Positions 1-9,277 of a DNA stretch of 51,934 bases are shown here, piece after piece; positions within the stretch are counted from its first letter, which is position 1; each line of letters opens with the position of its first letter. The DNA lies in the IMG/VR virus record IMGVR_UViG_3300048590_000302, positions 1 through 51,934 of that record; one strand, 5' to 3'. The notes under the pieces were generated by a model. It was not told the origin of the DNA, did no database searches, and was given only the letters and a program-made list of their open reading frames with translations. The stretch is from a virus (taxonomy: Duplodnaviria; Caudoviricetes). The translations under genes and the position numbers were made by a program.

Positions 1-42
1 TTGCATTCCTTGACGACCTCTTCGGAGTGGTTGCCTCCCCTC
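1..42. repeat. Imperfect terminal direct repeat, left copy (35/42 identical to 51893-51934)
   Basis: ttgcattccttgacgacctcttcggagtggttgcctcccctc versus ttgcattaaatgaagacctcttaggagtggttggctccccac. Confidence 0.85.
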
Positions 43-191
43 ACGCACTCGCGGCAGATCCATCGGTTGAGGGAGTCGAGTTTCATGTGGAGGCATGCTG
101 GGCCATGGATGGGGCAGTCGAGGCGCTTTGGTCGTTCCCTTCGCATGAGTTTTGCGCCCTTGCCGGTGTAGGCTGGCCTCTTGTCGGACAT
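1..191 (-). CDS. 5' part of an 89-aa Cys/His-rich protein that continues across the circular junction into 51814-51892
   Basis: AGGAG RBS then ATG at 191; MSDKRPAY...CPIHG...CREC...KEC continues in frame as KRLYHHYYYY...AAHG*, with the stop overlapping the next start. Confidence 0.7.
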   Translation of the reverse strand, partial: MSDKRPAYTGKGAKLMRRERPKRLDCPIHGPACLHMKLDSLNRWICRECVRGGNHSEEVVKEC

Positions 192-377
192 GGTGTTGTC
201 TCCTTGCTGTGAGCGGGGATTTCCCTTTATAGCGGGAGGTTGGTGTCGGGGCAACGAGGGGATTTTGGGCCCGTGGGGTGTACTAATTCGACACATGCGC
301 CGGGTTTGGTACCCTGCGGGGGGATAATAGGGCTCACGCCAGCGGAACTCGGGTCGGTGATGAAGCATTTTACCCGC

Positions 378-406
378 TTGACCCTTGGGGTATCGCCAGC
401 CATAAC
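378..406 (+). promoter_or_regulatory. Possible sigma70-like promoter for the modification/packaging operon
   Basis: TTGACC-17 nt-CATAAC in the divergent intergenic region. Confidence 0.3.
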
Positions 407-479
407 ACGCCTCCGGGCCGGGTTCCGCGATCGAGGAAGGTCGTCGTCGTCTCCTGTCAGTGGGCTTGGGTGGCGGAAT

Positions 480-565
480 TTATTTGATGGATTGCCCCCT
501 CTCAGGATAAATTGACCGCATACCCGCTCATAATCACTGGGGAATCCTTATTTGAGGGATTGCCC
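480..565. repeat. 18-bp direct repeat upstream of the ParB-N gene
   Basis: TTATTTGATGGATTGCCC (480-497) and TTATTTGAGGGATTGCCC (548-565). Confidence 0.6.
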
Positions 566-583
566 TCCACGGAGGTTTTGTCG

Positions 584-1360
584 ATGGCCCGTAAGAAGAC
601 TGCATCCCCGGAAGCCGCTCCTGCTCAGGACTTGGGCACGGGGGCCGCCGCGCAGCCCCGGTTTCAGATTGAGATCGCCCCGATGGATTCGATCGTCCCG
701 TATGCCCGCAACGCCAAGCTGCACACCGACGAGCAGATATCGGAGATCATGGCGAGCTTTCAGGAGTTTGGCTTTATCAACCCGCTCCTGCTCGACGCCA
801 AGGGGTCGATCGTCGCCGGGCATGGTCGTTTCAAGGCGGCTCAGCGCCTTGGTTATACCGAGGCTCCCGTGATTCGTCTCGGGCATCTTTCCCCGGCGCA
901 GGTCAAGGCGCTTCGCATTGCCGACAACCAGCTCGGTCTTAAGACGGGATGGAATGCCGACCTGCTTTCCCTGGAGCTGACGGAGATGGCCGACGACGGC
1001 TACAACATGGAGCTGCTGGGGTTTGGCGATCAGATTGACGAGTGGCTGACGGCCTCGGCGGATCCGGCGCCATCGGATGATGATGGTTCCGAGGGCGGGG
1101 GCGCCCCGGCAGGTGGGGTTTCGTCGTCGTCGTCGGAATCTTCGGATGATCTTATTCGCGGCGATGTCGAGCGGATTGTGCTGCTCGTGGACAAGAAGGA
1201 CTTTATCAAGGCGGCGCAGGTCATCACCGAGATCAAGGAATCGGAGGGACTGGAGAACGTCACGGAGGTTTTTCTTCACCTGCTGATGGAGTGGAATCGT
1301 CTTCATGGGAGCAAGCGCCCGTCGCCCATTCCCGAGGGAAGCAGCGATGCGGCACATTGA
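584..1360 (+). CDS. ParB/Srx N-terminal domain protein of the type linked to phage DNA modification
   Basis: PYARNAKLH...SFQEFGFINPLL...IVAGHGR...ALRIADN...W motifs; GGAGG RBS before ATG 584. Confidence 0.9.
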   Translation: MARKKTASPEAAPAQDLGTGAAAQPRFQIEIAPMDSIVPYARNAKLHTDEQISEIMASFQEFGFINPLLLDAKGSIVAGHGRFKAAQRLGYTEAPVIRLGHLSPAQVKALRIADNQLGLKTGWNADLLSLELTEMADDGYNMELLGFGDQIDEWLTASADPAPSDDDGSEGGGAPAGGVSSSSSESSDDLIRGDVERIVLLVDKKDFIKAAQVITEIKESEGLENVTEVFLHLLMEWNRLHGSKRPSPIPEGSSDAAH

Positions 1361-2237
1361 GGTCGAGCGTTTGATTGAGGTTCCGAAGTCGCGCATCGGA
1401 GATGCACCGAAGGAATCCGATGCAAGTATTTACGTGCGGGAGCCGACTGTCATTACGCACCTCGGCCAGCCGATTGCGCTCTATGGGGATATTTCCGACT
1501 TCGACTTTCGACAGTTACTATCCTGGTGCAAGCGTGCAAGATTTGGCCTGTTCCGTCGCATGGCGGTCCAGCAAGGCAAGGAATGGTCCCTGCCGAAGTC
1601 CCTCGAACTTTTCTGGGGGTATACCACTGGAAGGCACGTCTATACGGCTCCTCCGGGCGTCACTCGCACGACCAAGGACGATCCCGACATTTACCGGGAG
1701 TCGATCATCCCGCTCTATCATCGACTGCGGCGGGAGTTTGAACTGCACATGCCTGCGCAGTACGTCTCGCAGTTTGAGCGGCTAACTTCTCAGATCCGTC
1801 CTGACTGGCGAATTGATGGCGGCATGTATACGCAGGTCGTATGCAACAAGGGGAATGTATGGAGTTACCATCTCGATCAGTCCAATTTCCGTGATTCCTG
1901 GTCTTCCATGGGAGTGTTCAGCCGTGGGTGTGTTGGCGGCAACACTATCATCCCTGCTCTGGATATGCGATTTGCCATGCAGGGGCAGCGGTTCCTCATC
2001 TTTGAAGGGGCGCGACTCATCCACGGCGTCACACCGCTGACGAAGGTCAAGGCGGATGCCTACCGATATTCATTCGTTTACTATGCGCACGAACAGATGG
2101 CGAAGATGGACACGCTGGAGGTGGAGCTGCGGAAGTTTCGCCGGTCGCTCGACAAGCGCTTCGATGCTGATTATCAGGCGACGCGCGATGCCAACGTGCA
2201 GAAGTTTCGCCGCAAGATGAGGAAGAGCGGACTATGA
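1347..2237 (+). CDS. TET/JBP-family 2OG-Fe(II) dioxygenase
   Basis: HLD (HxD)...GGNTIIP...LIFEG..LIHGVTPL...RYSFVYY double-stranded beta-helix motifs typical of phage TET/JBP. Confidence 0.85.
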   Translation: MRHIEVERLIEVPKSRIGDAPKESDASIYVREPTVITHLGQPIALYGDISDFDFRQLLSWCKRARFGLFRRMAVQQGKEWSLPKSLELFWGYTTGRHVYTAPPGVTRTTKDDPDIYRESIIPLYHRLRREFELHMPAQYVSQFERLTSQIRPDWRIDGGMYTQVVCNKGNVWSYHLDQSNFRDSWSSMGVFSRGCVGGNTIIPALDMRFAMQGQRFLIFEGARLIHGVTPLTKVKADAYRYSFVYYAHEQMAKMDTLEVELRKFRRSLDKRFDADYQATRDANVQKFRRKMRKSGL

Positions 2238-3082
2238 ATCTATACTCGCATCCCCTGGTTGCCATTCCCTCGCATCGTCGCGCGGCGGGCCTGCTGGAGC
2301 ACACGCTGGCCTTTCTTCGGCGGATGGGCTTTCCCCTCTCGCGGGTCTTCGTCTTCGTCTCGGACGCGGATGATCTTAAGGACTACAAGGCGGCGATCCC
2401 GGATGCCGATGGGCTGCACCTCGTTTTTGCAAAAAAAGCCTCCTCGCTCCGCTCGAAGTTCAACTTCATTCGGCGGTACTTCGCGCGGGGGCAGCGCGTG
2501 TTTCTCCTCGAAGACGACGTGATGAGCCTCGTCGAGAAGATGGGCGAGAACTCCGTGCGCGAGTGTGCAGACTTCGAGGCATTTCTTCGCGAGGGCTTCG
2601 ACCTCATGGAGTCGGTTGGTGCCCGCATCTGGGGGGTTTCCCCGCACGCCAACGCCTTCTACATGACGAACAACAATTCGATCAACTTCAAGTTTATCGT
2701 GGCTCAGGCATTTGGATTCGTCGCCGACGACGACGCGCGTCTCGACATCACGCTCGACGGGAAGAGCGACTATGAGCGGACGATTCTCTACTATTTAGCC
2801 GACGGGAGGACGCCGCGGCTGAATCGGTTCGGGGTGAAGCCGTTTGCCAGCTACAAGGGCGAGGGTGGACTTCAGGCGGAGTTTGACCATCGGACGCGGG
2901 TTTATAAGGAGGAGCAGGCCGTCTCCTATCTCACGAGCCGGTATTCGCTCCTGTGCTACCGCAACGAGGGGAAGAAGAGCGTGATGCCGGAGATCAAGTT
3001 TCGTCCGATCAAGGGCAGTCACAAGGCGGTCGTGGCCGCGCAGGCCGCTCGTGACAAGGAACTCGGTTATGGTAAGAACTAA
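2234..3082 (+). CDS. TET-associated glycosyltransferase (TAGT/GREB1-like, GT-A fold)
   Basis: VAIPSHRR N-terminus, FLLEDD (DxD-like), KSDYERT, GGLQ motifs; ATGA overlap with the TET gene. Confidence 0.8.
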   Translation: MNLYSHPLVAIPSHRRAAGLLEHTLAFLRRMGFPLSRVFVFVSDADDLKDYKAAIPDADGLHLVFAKKASSLRSKFNFIRRYFARGQRVFLLEDDVMSLVEKMGENSVRECADFEAFLREGFDLMESVGARIWGVSPHANAFYMTNNNSINFKFIVAQAFGFVADDDARLDITLDGKSDYERTILYYLADGRTPRLNRFGVKPFASYKGEGGLQAEFDHRTRVYKEEQAVSYLTSRYSLLCYRNEGKKSVMPEIKFRPIKGSHKAVVAAQAARDKELGYGKN

Positions 3083-3881
3083 TGACGGGGGGATTTCCGG
3101 CGCATGGTTCGAGCGCGATGGCGGGATGCTGACCAAGCATTGTGCGAATGCCCGCGAGCAGGTGGGGCAGCTCGTTTCCATGCCATCGTATATGACCGCA
3201 CCGACGATCGTCCGCGTGGGGAGCGATCGGTATACGATGCGGTTTATTGATGGCAGTTCACTTCTCGAACTCTGCACGAAGCGTCGTCTTGTGGCAACGT
3301 ATTTCGTGCAGCAACTGCTTACGATCATTGATCAGAATCGTCGTCAGTCGATGCTGGTTGAGATGGAGCACTTTACGCGCAAGGTGAGGTCGATTGCGTT
3401 TCAATCGCCGACCCTTCCGCGCCCGCTTCGCGGGACTCTCTGGCTCTCGTGGCAGTCGATTCTTGACATGATGCCCGATGAGATTCTGCTGCCGATGGGG
3501 TTTGCGCATGGGGATCTTACGCCCGAGAACATCATCATCGACCAGCGGATGACGCCGCACTTTATTGATGCGATTCCCTCGCCTGTCTCCACCATTCTTC
3601 AGGACGTGAGCAAGCTTCGTCAGGAGTTTCTTTATGGATGGTCGTCTGTTCGTCACGGTCTTGATTACGATCGCCGTCACTATCAGGGGATTGTTGACGG
3701 GAGATTTCCCACGACGCGGGAACTTCTCACGCTGGACTTCGTTACGATTGCACGGATAGCCCCTTATGCGGGTGCCAATGAGAGGATTTCCGAATGGATT
3801 ACGCAGCGTCTCTGCCAGATCTTGTCGTGCTATGCGCAGGCACTTCCGACCGCTACGGTGGACGCCCCAAGGCTCTCCTGA
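3069..3881 (+). CDS. APH/choline-kinase-like phosphotransferase
   Basis: HGDLTPENII catalytic loop, HFID, QDVSKLRQE. Confidence 0.8.
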   Translation: MVRTNDGGISGAWFERDGGMLTKHCANAREQVGQLVSMPSYMTAPTIVRVGSDRYTMRFIDGSSLLELCTKRRLVATYFVQQLLTIIDQNRRQSMLVEMEHFTRKVRSIAFQSPTLPRPLRGTLWLSWQSILDMMPDEILLPMGFAHGDLTPENIIIDQRMTPHFIDAIPSPVSTILQDVSKLRQEFLYGWSSVRHGLDYDRRHYQGIVDGRFPTTRELLTLDFVTIARIAPYAGANERISEWITQRLCQILSCYAQALPTATVDAPRLS

Positions 3882-4852
3882 CCCATCCGTCCGGGTTTAT
3901 CATGGCTGTGGAATCGGTGCGTGGGCTTTATGGGTATGGTCGTCTTCATGTGGTGGTTCGCCATCTGTCGCATGTGGATGTGGTTCGTCGTGAATTTCTC
4001 GCTGGTGGTCTTGGCCTGACCGAGGTCAATGTCGTCGTCGTCGGTGAGACGTCCTCTCCTCTTGAGTCGGCACGGCGATTTGTACGGTTGTCTGGTATTC
4101 GCGGTCCTGTGGCCTTCAAGGATTGTGACAATCATTTTCGCATGCGGGTAACTCCTGGTGACTACGCTGCGGTGGTCTACATGCCTGAGCAGGCATCGTT
4201 TGTACGGCGTGACAACAAGAGCTACTGCTCATACTCGGGCTTCTCGCGCAAGCCTTCGGACTGGGCGTGTGCCGGTCTTTACTCGTTCTCGGAGGCTCAG
4301 GATCTTCTGGAGCTGTCGGGGGAGTGGACGGACTTTTGGCAGGTGATGCCTACGACTGCGGTCCATGACGTGGAGCATTATCTTGATTGGGGAACGCGGG
4401 AGGATTGGGTTAGGTTTCGTCGGCGGTATGGGACGGTGTTCGTGGACATCGACGGCGTCCTTGTTCGCAATGGGTCGAGGTCGTTTGCTGACCGGCTTTG
4501 GGGTGATACGGCAGTGATTGCCGGGTCGATCAGGAGGGTCAACGCGCTTTACCATTCCGGTCGGTGGCATGTGGTGCTGGTGACTTCGCGTCCCGAGGAG
4601 GTGCGGCGGGAGACCGTTTCGCAACTGGCGGAATTGTCGTATCATCGTCTAATGATGGGACTTCCAGCCGCCCATCGCATCCTGATTGGCGACGATGATA
4701 GTTTCGGGTCCATGGTCCATGCCGTGCGAATGACGAGGGACGAACCCGACTGGAGACATTTCAACGACATCACCGGAGACTTCCCCGATGACAGATCAAC
4801 CGAAGAAGAAGATGGGCCAGCCGACGAAGTATCGGAAGGCGATTTGCGATGA
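3794..4852 (+). CDS. Sugar-phosphate nucleotidyltransferase fused to a HAD phosphatase
   Basis: N-terminal VVLCAGTSDRY..RPK, FKDCD and DWGT motifs; C-terminal FVDIDGVL, VTSR and IGDD HAD motifs. Confidence 0.85.
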   Translation: MDYAASLPDLVVLCAGTSDRYGGRPKALLTHPSGFIMAVESVRGLYGYGRLHVVVRHLSHVDVVRREFLAGGLGLTEVNVVVVGETSSPLESARRFVRLSGIRGPVAFKDCDNHFRMRVTPGDYAAVVYMPEQASFVRRDNKSYCSYSGFSRKPSDWACAGLYSFSEAQDLLELSGEWTDFWQVMPTTAVHDVEHYLDWGTREDWVRFRRRYGTVFVDIDGVLVRNGSRSFADRLWGDTAVIAGSIRRVNALYHSGRWHVVLVTSRPEEVRRETVSQLAELSYHRLMMGLPAAHRILIGDDDSFGSMVHAVRMTRDEPDWRHFNDITGDFPDDRSTEEEDGPADEVSEGDLR

Positions 4853-5288
4853 GATCGTTGAGTTCATGGCTACGGGGCGTTCGATCTCGGCGTTTGCCGC
4901 TGAGAAGAAGCTGTCGCGCGACATTCTCTATCGGTGGTGTGAGCGCTACCCGGAGTTTGCTGATGCGATGGCAGCAGGCAAGGAGGCGTCCCAGCGCTGG
5001 TGGGAGGCTTTGGCCATGGCTGTGGCGAGCGGTTCGGCTGCCGGACACAAGACGTATAAGAATGCCAACTCGGGGATGGTGATGTTTATGATGAGTCGTC
5101 GCTTCCCCGACTACTACAAGAAGTCCGACGGCGGACCAATCGAAGGCGAGGGCAATGGCACAACGGACGACAACGTCAACGAAGAGGAACTTTCCAACGA
5201 GATCGACCGCCTCATCGCGCTCCGCGATCGACTCCGATCGTCTAAAAAGACTGCTGATGCGCGAGATCGCGGACGAGGCAAGAAGTGA
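4788..5288 (+). CDS. terS: Terminase small subunit
   Basis: GQPTKY..ICDEIVEFMATGRS..HTH..YPEFADA; directly upstream of terL. Confidence 0.85.
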   Translation: MTDQPKKKMGQPTKYRKAICDEIVEFMATGRSISAFAAEKKLSRDILYRWCERYPEFADAMAAGKEASQRWWEALAMAVASGSAAGHKTYKNANSGMVMFMMSRRFPDYYKKSDGGPIEGEGNGTTDDNVNEEELSNEIDRLIALRDRLRSSKKTADARDRGRGKK

Positions 5289-6672
5289 TCTTCTGGCCTT
5301 TATCCAGGTTCTCAATCCCCGCTATCAGGTCAACTGGCATCATGCCGCCATCTGCGATCGTCTGACCCGTCTTGCTTCTGAGGAGGGTCAGCGCCTGATA
5401 ATTTCGGTGCCCCCTCAGTATGGGAAGAGCGAGATCGTGTCGCGGCATTTTCCTGCGTGGATGCTCGGACGAATCCCCGACGGCAAGATCATCCAGGCGT
5501 CGTACTCGGCGGACCTTGCCAACAGCTTTAACCGCGACTGCCAGGGGATCATGGAGTCGGAGGCGTATCGGACGATCTTTCCCCAGACGCAGATCTATCC
5601 CTTCTGCAAGGGGATCAAGCGCACGCAGAACGAGGTCCAGACCTCGCGTCGTGGCTACCTCTTTACCGTGGGGGTTGGCGGCGCCACCACGGGTCGGACG
5701 GCGAATCCTCTTTTTATCATCGACGATCCAATCAAGGACATGGTCCAGGCCCTCAACGAGAAGCACCGCCAGCGCATCATCGAGTGGTATCACGCGGTCG
5801 TCGAGACTCGTCTTTCCCTCGGGGCGAACGTCATCATCATGCACACCCGCTGGCATCAGGGGGATCTTGCCGGATATTTACAGGCCGAGGCTGCCAAGGA
5901 CCCGACCGCCCCTCAGTATGAGGTGATCAACTTTCCTGCGCTTGCCGAGCCGCACTTTCCCCTCCACGCTGACGATCCTCGTCAGGTGGGGGAGGCTCTG
6001 TGGCCTTTATACAAGGGGGATGCTGCTGCTCAGCAGAAGCTTCGCAAGTCGGTGGGGAGCTATATCTATAACGCGCTCTTTCAAGGTCGTCCGCAGTCGG
6101 AAGGCGGCAACATGGTGGATGCCGCGTGGTGGCGCTACTATGAGGCGCTGCCGCCGCTGGATGCGTTTGAGGAGATGCTTATCAGCGTTGACTGCGCGTT
6201 CAAGGATATCAAGGCGTCGGACTTCGTCGTCGTTTCCGTGTGGGGGAGGATTGGTCGCGCGAAGTATCTCGTCGATCAGATTCGTGGCCGCTACAACGTG
6301 CAGAAGACCATGCACTGGATCATGAACACAGCGGATAAATACCCCCGCGCCCACGAGAAGTTGATCGAGGGGAAGGCGAACGGTCCTGCGGTGATTTCCC
6401 TCCTCAAGGGGAAGCTCCACGGCCTTCGCGAGATCGACCCGAAGAGCAGCAAGATTTCCCGCGTGGCGGCTGTCTCGCCCATGATCGAGGACGGCGAGGT
6501 ATGGCTTCCCGACCCGAAGATTGCGACCTTCGACGTTCGCGACTTCGTTGCCGAGTGGTCGGCTTTCCCGATGGGTGTCAACGACGACCAGGTCGATGCC
6601 GGCACACAAGCTCTGGACAGATTGTCGCGGGGCGAGAATAATTACCTACGAAAACTTGTTGGGAGAACCTGA
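5155..6672 (+). CDS. terL: Terminase large subunit (start may be 5257)
   Basis: PPQYGKS Walker A, IIDDP Walker B, TRWH, SVDCA and DDQVDA nuclease motifs. Confidence 0.95.
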   Translation: MAQRTTTSTKRNFPTRSTASSRSAIDSDRLKRLLMREIADEARSDLLAFIQVLNPRYQVNWHHAAICDRLTRLASEEGQRLIISVPPQYGKSEIVSRHFPAWMLGRIPDGKIIQASYSADLANSFNRDCQGIMESEAYRTIFPQTQIYPFCKGIKRTQNEVQTSRRGYLFTVGVGGATTGRTANPLFIIDDPIKDMVQALNEKHRQRIIEWYHAVVETRLSLGANVIIMHTRWHQGDLAGYLQAEAAKDPTAPQYEVINFPALAEPHFPLHADDPRQVGEALWPLYKGDAAAQQKLRKSVGSYIYNALFQGRPQSEGGNMVDAAWWRYYEALPPLDAFEEMLISVDCAFKDIKASDFVVVSVWGRIGRAKYLVDQIRGRYNVQKTMHWIMNTADKYPRAHEKLIEGKANGPAVISLLKGKLHGLREIDPKSSKISRVAAVSPMIEDGEVWLPDPKIATFDVRDFVAEWSAFPMGVNDDQVDAGTQALDRLSRGENNYLRKLVGRT

Positions 6673-6674
6673 AC

Positions 6675-8222
6675 ATGCCGCGAGTCAAGTCCTATGGCGA
6701 CAAACACGGCCATACCGCTGTCACCCGAACCGTTCCACGCATCGCCTCCCGCAGCGACAACTGGGAGAACGCCTTTACGGGACTTAATGTCATCGGCAAG
6801 GATAAGCGAACAGCCTCAACGCCTACCGCCCTCATCCTTACGGAGCATCAGGCGGAAGCGCTTTATGCGGCGGACCCTCACGCGGCGAAGATCGTCGATC
6901 TCCTCCCCGAGGACATGACGCGCGAGGGGTTCGACCTTGTTTCCTCCGAGCTGGAGGACGAGGAGATCAAGACGATCGAGCACCACATCACCGACAAGCT
7001 TCATTGGGCCGAGCGTTTCACGCAGGCACTTTCCTGGGCTGACCTCTACGGCGGTTCCGCCATTCTTCTCGGGATCGACGACGGCAGCTCTGATCTTTCG
7101 AGGCCGCTCAACGAGGAGTCGATCATCGCGTTTGACTTCATGACGGTTCTCACCCGCTACGAGCTTCAGATGGAACGTGTGCAGGATGATCCCTCACAGG
7201 CCAACTATGGAATGCCGGTGCTCTATAAGATTGTTCGCCGTATTTCCTCGCCGAACTCGCCCGCCCTTGTTCCTCACGAGCGCTTCGTACATGCTTCGCG
7301 GCTGATTCGTTTCGATGGTGCACACCTGCCGCGCGGTGAATTCATTCGCAACGGCTACTGGTCGGATTCGGTTCTTTCCCGCCTCTTCCGGCCTCTTCAG
7401 AACTTCGCGACGACGCATGACAGCGTTGCTTCGCTCATGCAGGATTTTTCCCAGGCAGTCTTCAAGATTAAGAACCTTGCCGACATTCTCTCGGCGCAGG
7501 ATGGCAAGCAGCTTATCAGCGAGCGGATCAACATGGTGGAGCTTTCCCGCTCTCTTATCAATGCCGTGATCATTGCTGAGGATGAGGAGTTTGAGAGGAA
7601 GACGACGAGTCTTGCCGGTGTCGAGGATGTTCTTCGGAAGATGGAGGAGCGGCTTGTTTCCGGGACGCAGTACCCTCACACAATCCTATTGGGCGAAGCT
7701 CCTGGCGGTGGCATTGGCGACAAGGGCAAGAGCGAGCATCGGGACTATTATGATTTCGTTCGTCGCAAGCAGATGTCGCGTCTGATGCCAGGGCTGAAGC
7801 GATTTATGCGCTTCGTGATGCTTGCTAAGAATGGTCCCACGAAGGGAAGGATACCTGAGAACTGGTCACTTAAGTTTCGCCCGCTGTGGCAGCAGACCTT
7901 GACGGAGACACTGGAGCAGCGGCTTAACCAGGCGAAGATTGATACAATCTATATTAACGACGGGGTTCTTTCCCCTGACGAGGTTGCCGTCTCGCGCTTC
8001 GAGTCGGGCGAATATAGCCACGATCAACGGCTCTACTTTGATCGTAACGAGGAGGAGCCTCTTCCGACGATGGAGGAACAGCTTGCGATGGAAGCTGCTG
8101 CCAAGGCCAATCCGAAGGCTGATGATCCGAAGGATGGTTTGAAGCCGAAGACGAAGGAAGAGGACATGGTGAAGACGAAGACGACGCCTTCCGGTGTGAA
8201 GAAGCGCAGCAGTCGTTCCTAA
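6675..8222 (+). CDS. Portal protein (DUF1073/HI1409-like)
   Basis: Follows terL; IVDLLPEDMTREG, LYGGS, VHASRLIRFDG, LLGEAPGG, FRPLW. Confidence 0.88.
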   Translation: MPRVKSYGDKHGHTAVTRTVPRIASRSDNWENAFTGLNVIGKDKRTASTPTALILTEHQAEALYAADPHAAKIVDLLPEDMTREGFDLVSSELEDEEIKTIEHHITDKLHWAERFTQALSWADLYGGSAILLGIDDGSSDLSRPLNEESIIAFDFMTVLTRYELQMERVQDDPSQANYGMPVLYKIVRRISSPNSPALVPHERFVHASRLIRFDGAHLPRGEFIRNGYWSDSVLSRLFRPLQNFATTHDSVASLMQDFSQAVFKIKNLADILSAQDGKQLISERINMVELSRSLINAVIIAEDEEFERKTTSLAGVEDVLRKMEERLVSGTQYPHTILLGEAPGGGIGDKGKSEHRDYYDFVRRKQMSRLMPGLKRFMRFVMLAKNGPTKGRIPENWSLKFRPLWQQTLTETLEQRLNQAKIDTIYINDGVLSPDEVAVSRFESGEYSHDQRLYFDRNEEEPLPTMEEQLAMEAAAKANPKADDPKDGLKPKTKEEDMVKTKTTPSGVKKRSSRS

Positions 8223-8322
8223 GACTAAAAGGAAAGCCGGGCCAACCCACGGGAAGCCCGGCCCTCGCCTACAGTTTTACGGAATCAGTGATCCCTTAAC
8301 TTTATCAGAACGAGCGTGCATC

Positions 8323-9204
8323 ATGCCACAACTTCGCCAAGGCCCACTGAAGAGTGCCGTCGGTCGCCCCCGGAGGATGCCCGTTTCCCTTCATCCGAGG
8401 ATGCTGGAGAGGCAGTATGATCGACTTGTCACCCGGCTTGCGTTTGAGATGCTTGATATCGTCCGTGCGGACATCATTCCTCAGCTTGCGGAGCTTCGGT
8501 CTGTCTTTCGTCGTGAGTTCGGCAACAGTCGGTTTGATGATTTTGGTGACGATCTTCGTCGTCTTCTGGACCGCTTCAAGGCGCGGTGGACGGAGGCTGT
8601 TTCGCGTCGTCGTGAGGAGATCGAGGAGATTGGTATTGATGTCAATGCGTGGGGTCGCCGCCAGACGGCAAAGATCCTCGAGCGCTCCCTCGGCAGTCAG
8701 CTCCTCGCGTCGGAGGCGGACCTCGACCGGCAGGTGAAGCTTTGGATTGCCGACAACGTCTCCAAGATCCAGGCCATTGGCGATCTTGAGGCGACACGCA
8801 TCCAGGATTTGATTGTGGATTCGCTTCGTCAGGACCGCCCTGTTGAGGCGATTGCCGAGGGTTTGCGGGATCTCTGGCGCAACCAGACGGATCGTCGTCA
8901 GTCGTGGGTTCGCGGGGTTTCCCCGACGGTTCGCGCCCGCCTTGTGGCAATCGACCAGATCGGCAAGCTTCATAGCCAGTTGACGAAGTACCGGCAGGAG
9001 TCGATGGGGGTTCGTTTCTATCGGTGGCGGACGATGCTCGACAACAAGGTTCGCCATAGCCACAAGGCTCTGGAGGGGCAGGTATTTGCGTGGAGGCCGG
9101 AGGACGGTCCTCAGCCGCCCGAGGGGCATCCTGGGATGCCACCCAACTGCCGCTGTTCGGCAGAGCCGATCCTTTCCGATGCGATTCCTGACGTCGAGGA
9201 GTGA
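8323..9204 (+). CDS. Head morphogenesis protein (SPP1 gp7 / Mu gpF-like)
   Basis: RARLVAIDQIGKL, YRWRT..D.KVRHSH..LEG, HPG..NCRC. Confidence 0.9.
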   Translation: MPQLRQGPLKSAVGRPRRMPVSLHPRMLERQYDRLVTRLAFEMLDIVRADIIPQLAELRSVFRREFGNSRFDDFGDDLRRLLDRFKARWTEAVSRRREEIEEIGIDVNAWGRRQTAKILERSLGSQLLASEADLDRQVKLWIADNVSKIQAIGDLEATRIQDLIVDSLRQDRPVEAIAEGLRDLWRNQTDRRQSWVRGVSPTVRARLVAIDQIGKLHSQLTKYRQESMGVRFYRWRTMLDNKVRHSHKALEGQVFAWRPEDGPQPPEGHPGMPPNCRCSAEPILSDAIPDVEE

Positions 9205-9277
9205 GGTAGGCAAGGATTCGATATTTCCCGGCCCATCTGACCTGTGATAATGTTTCCCTAATTCAAGGAGTATTGCG

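Noticed and set aside
584-1360. ParABS partition system (phage-plasmid)
   Set aside because: No ParA and no HTH after the ParB-N domain; the context is DNA modification and packaging
3051-3881. Aminoglycoside resistance gene
   Set aside because: Only the general APH/choline kinase fold motifs are present; operon context points to donor biosynthesis
6675-8222. Anti-CBASS Acb1 label sometimes attached to this family
   Set aside because: Position and motifs fit a portal protein; no 2H-phosphoesterase HxT pair seen
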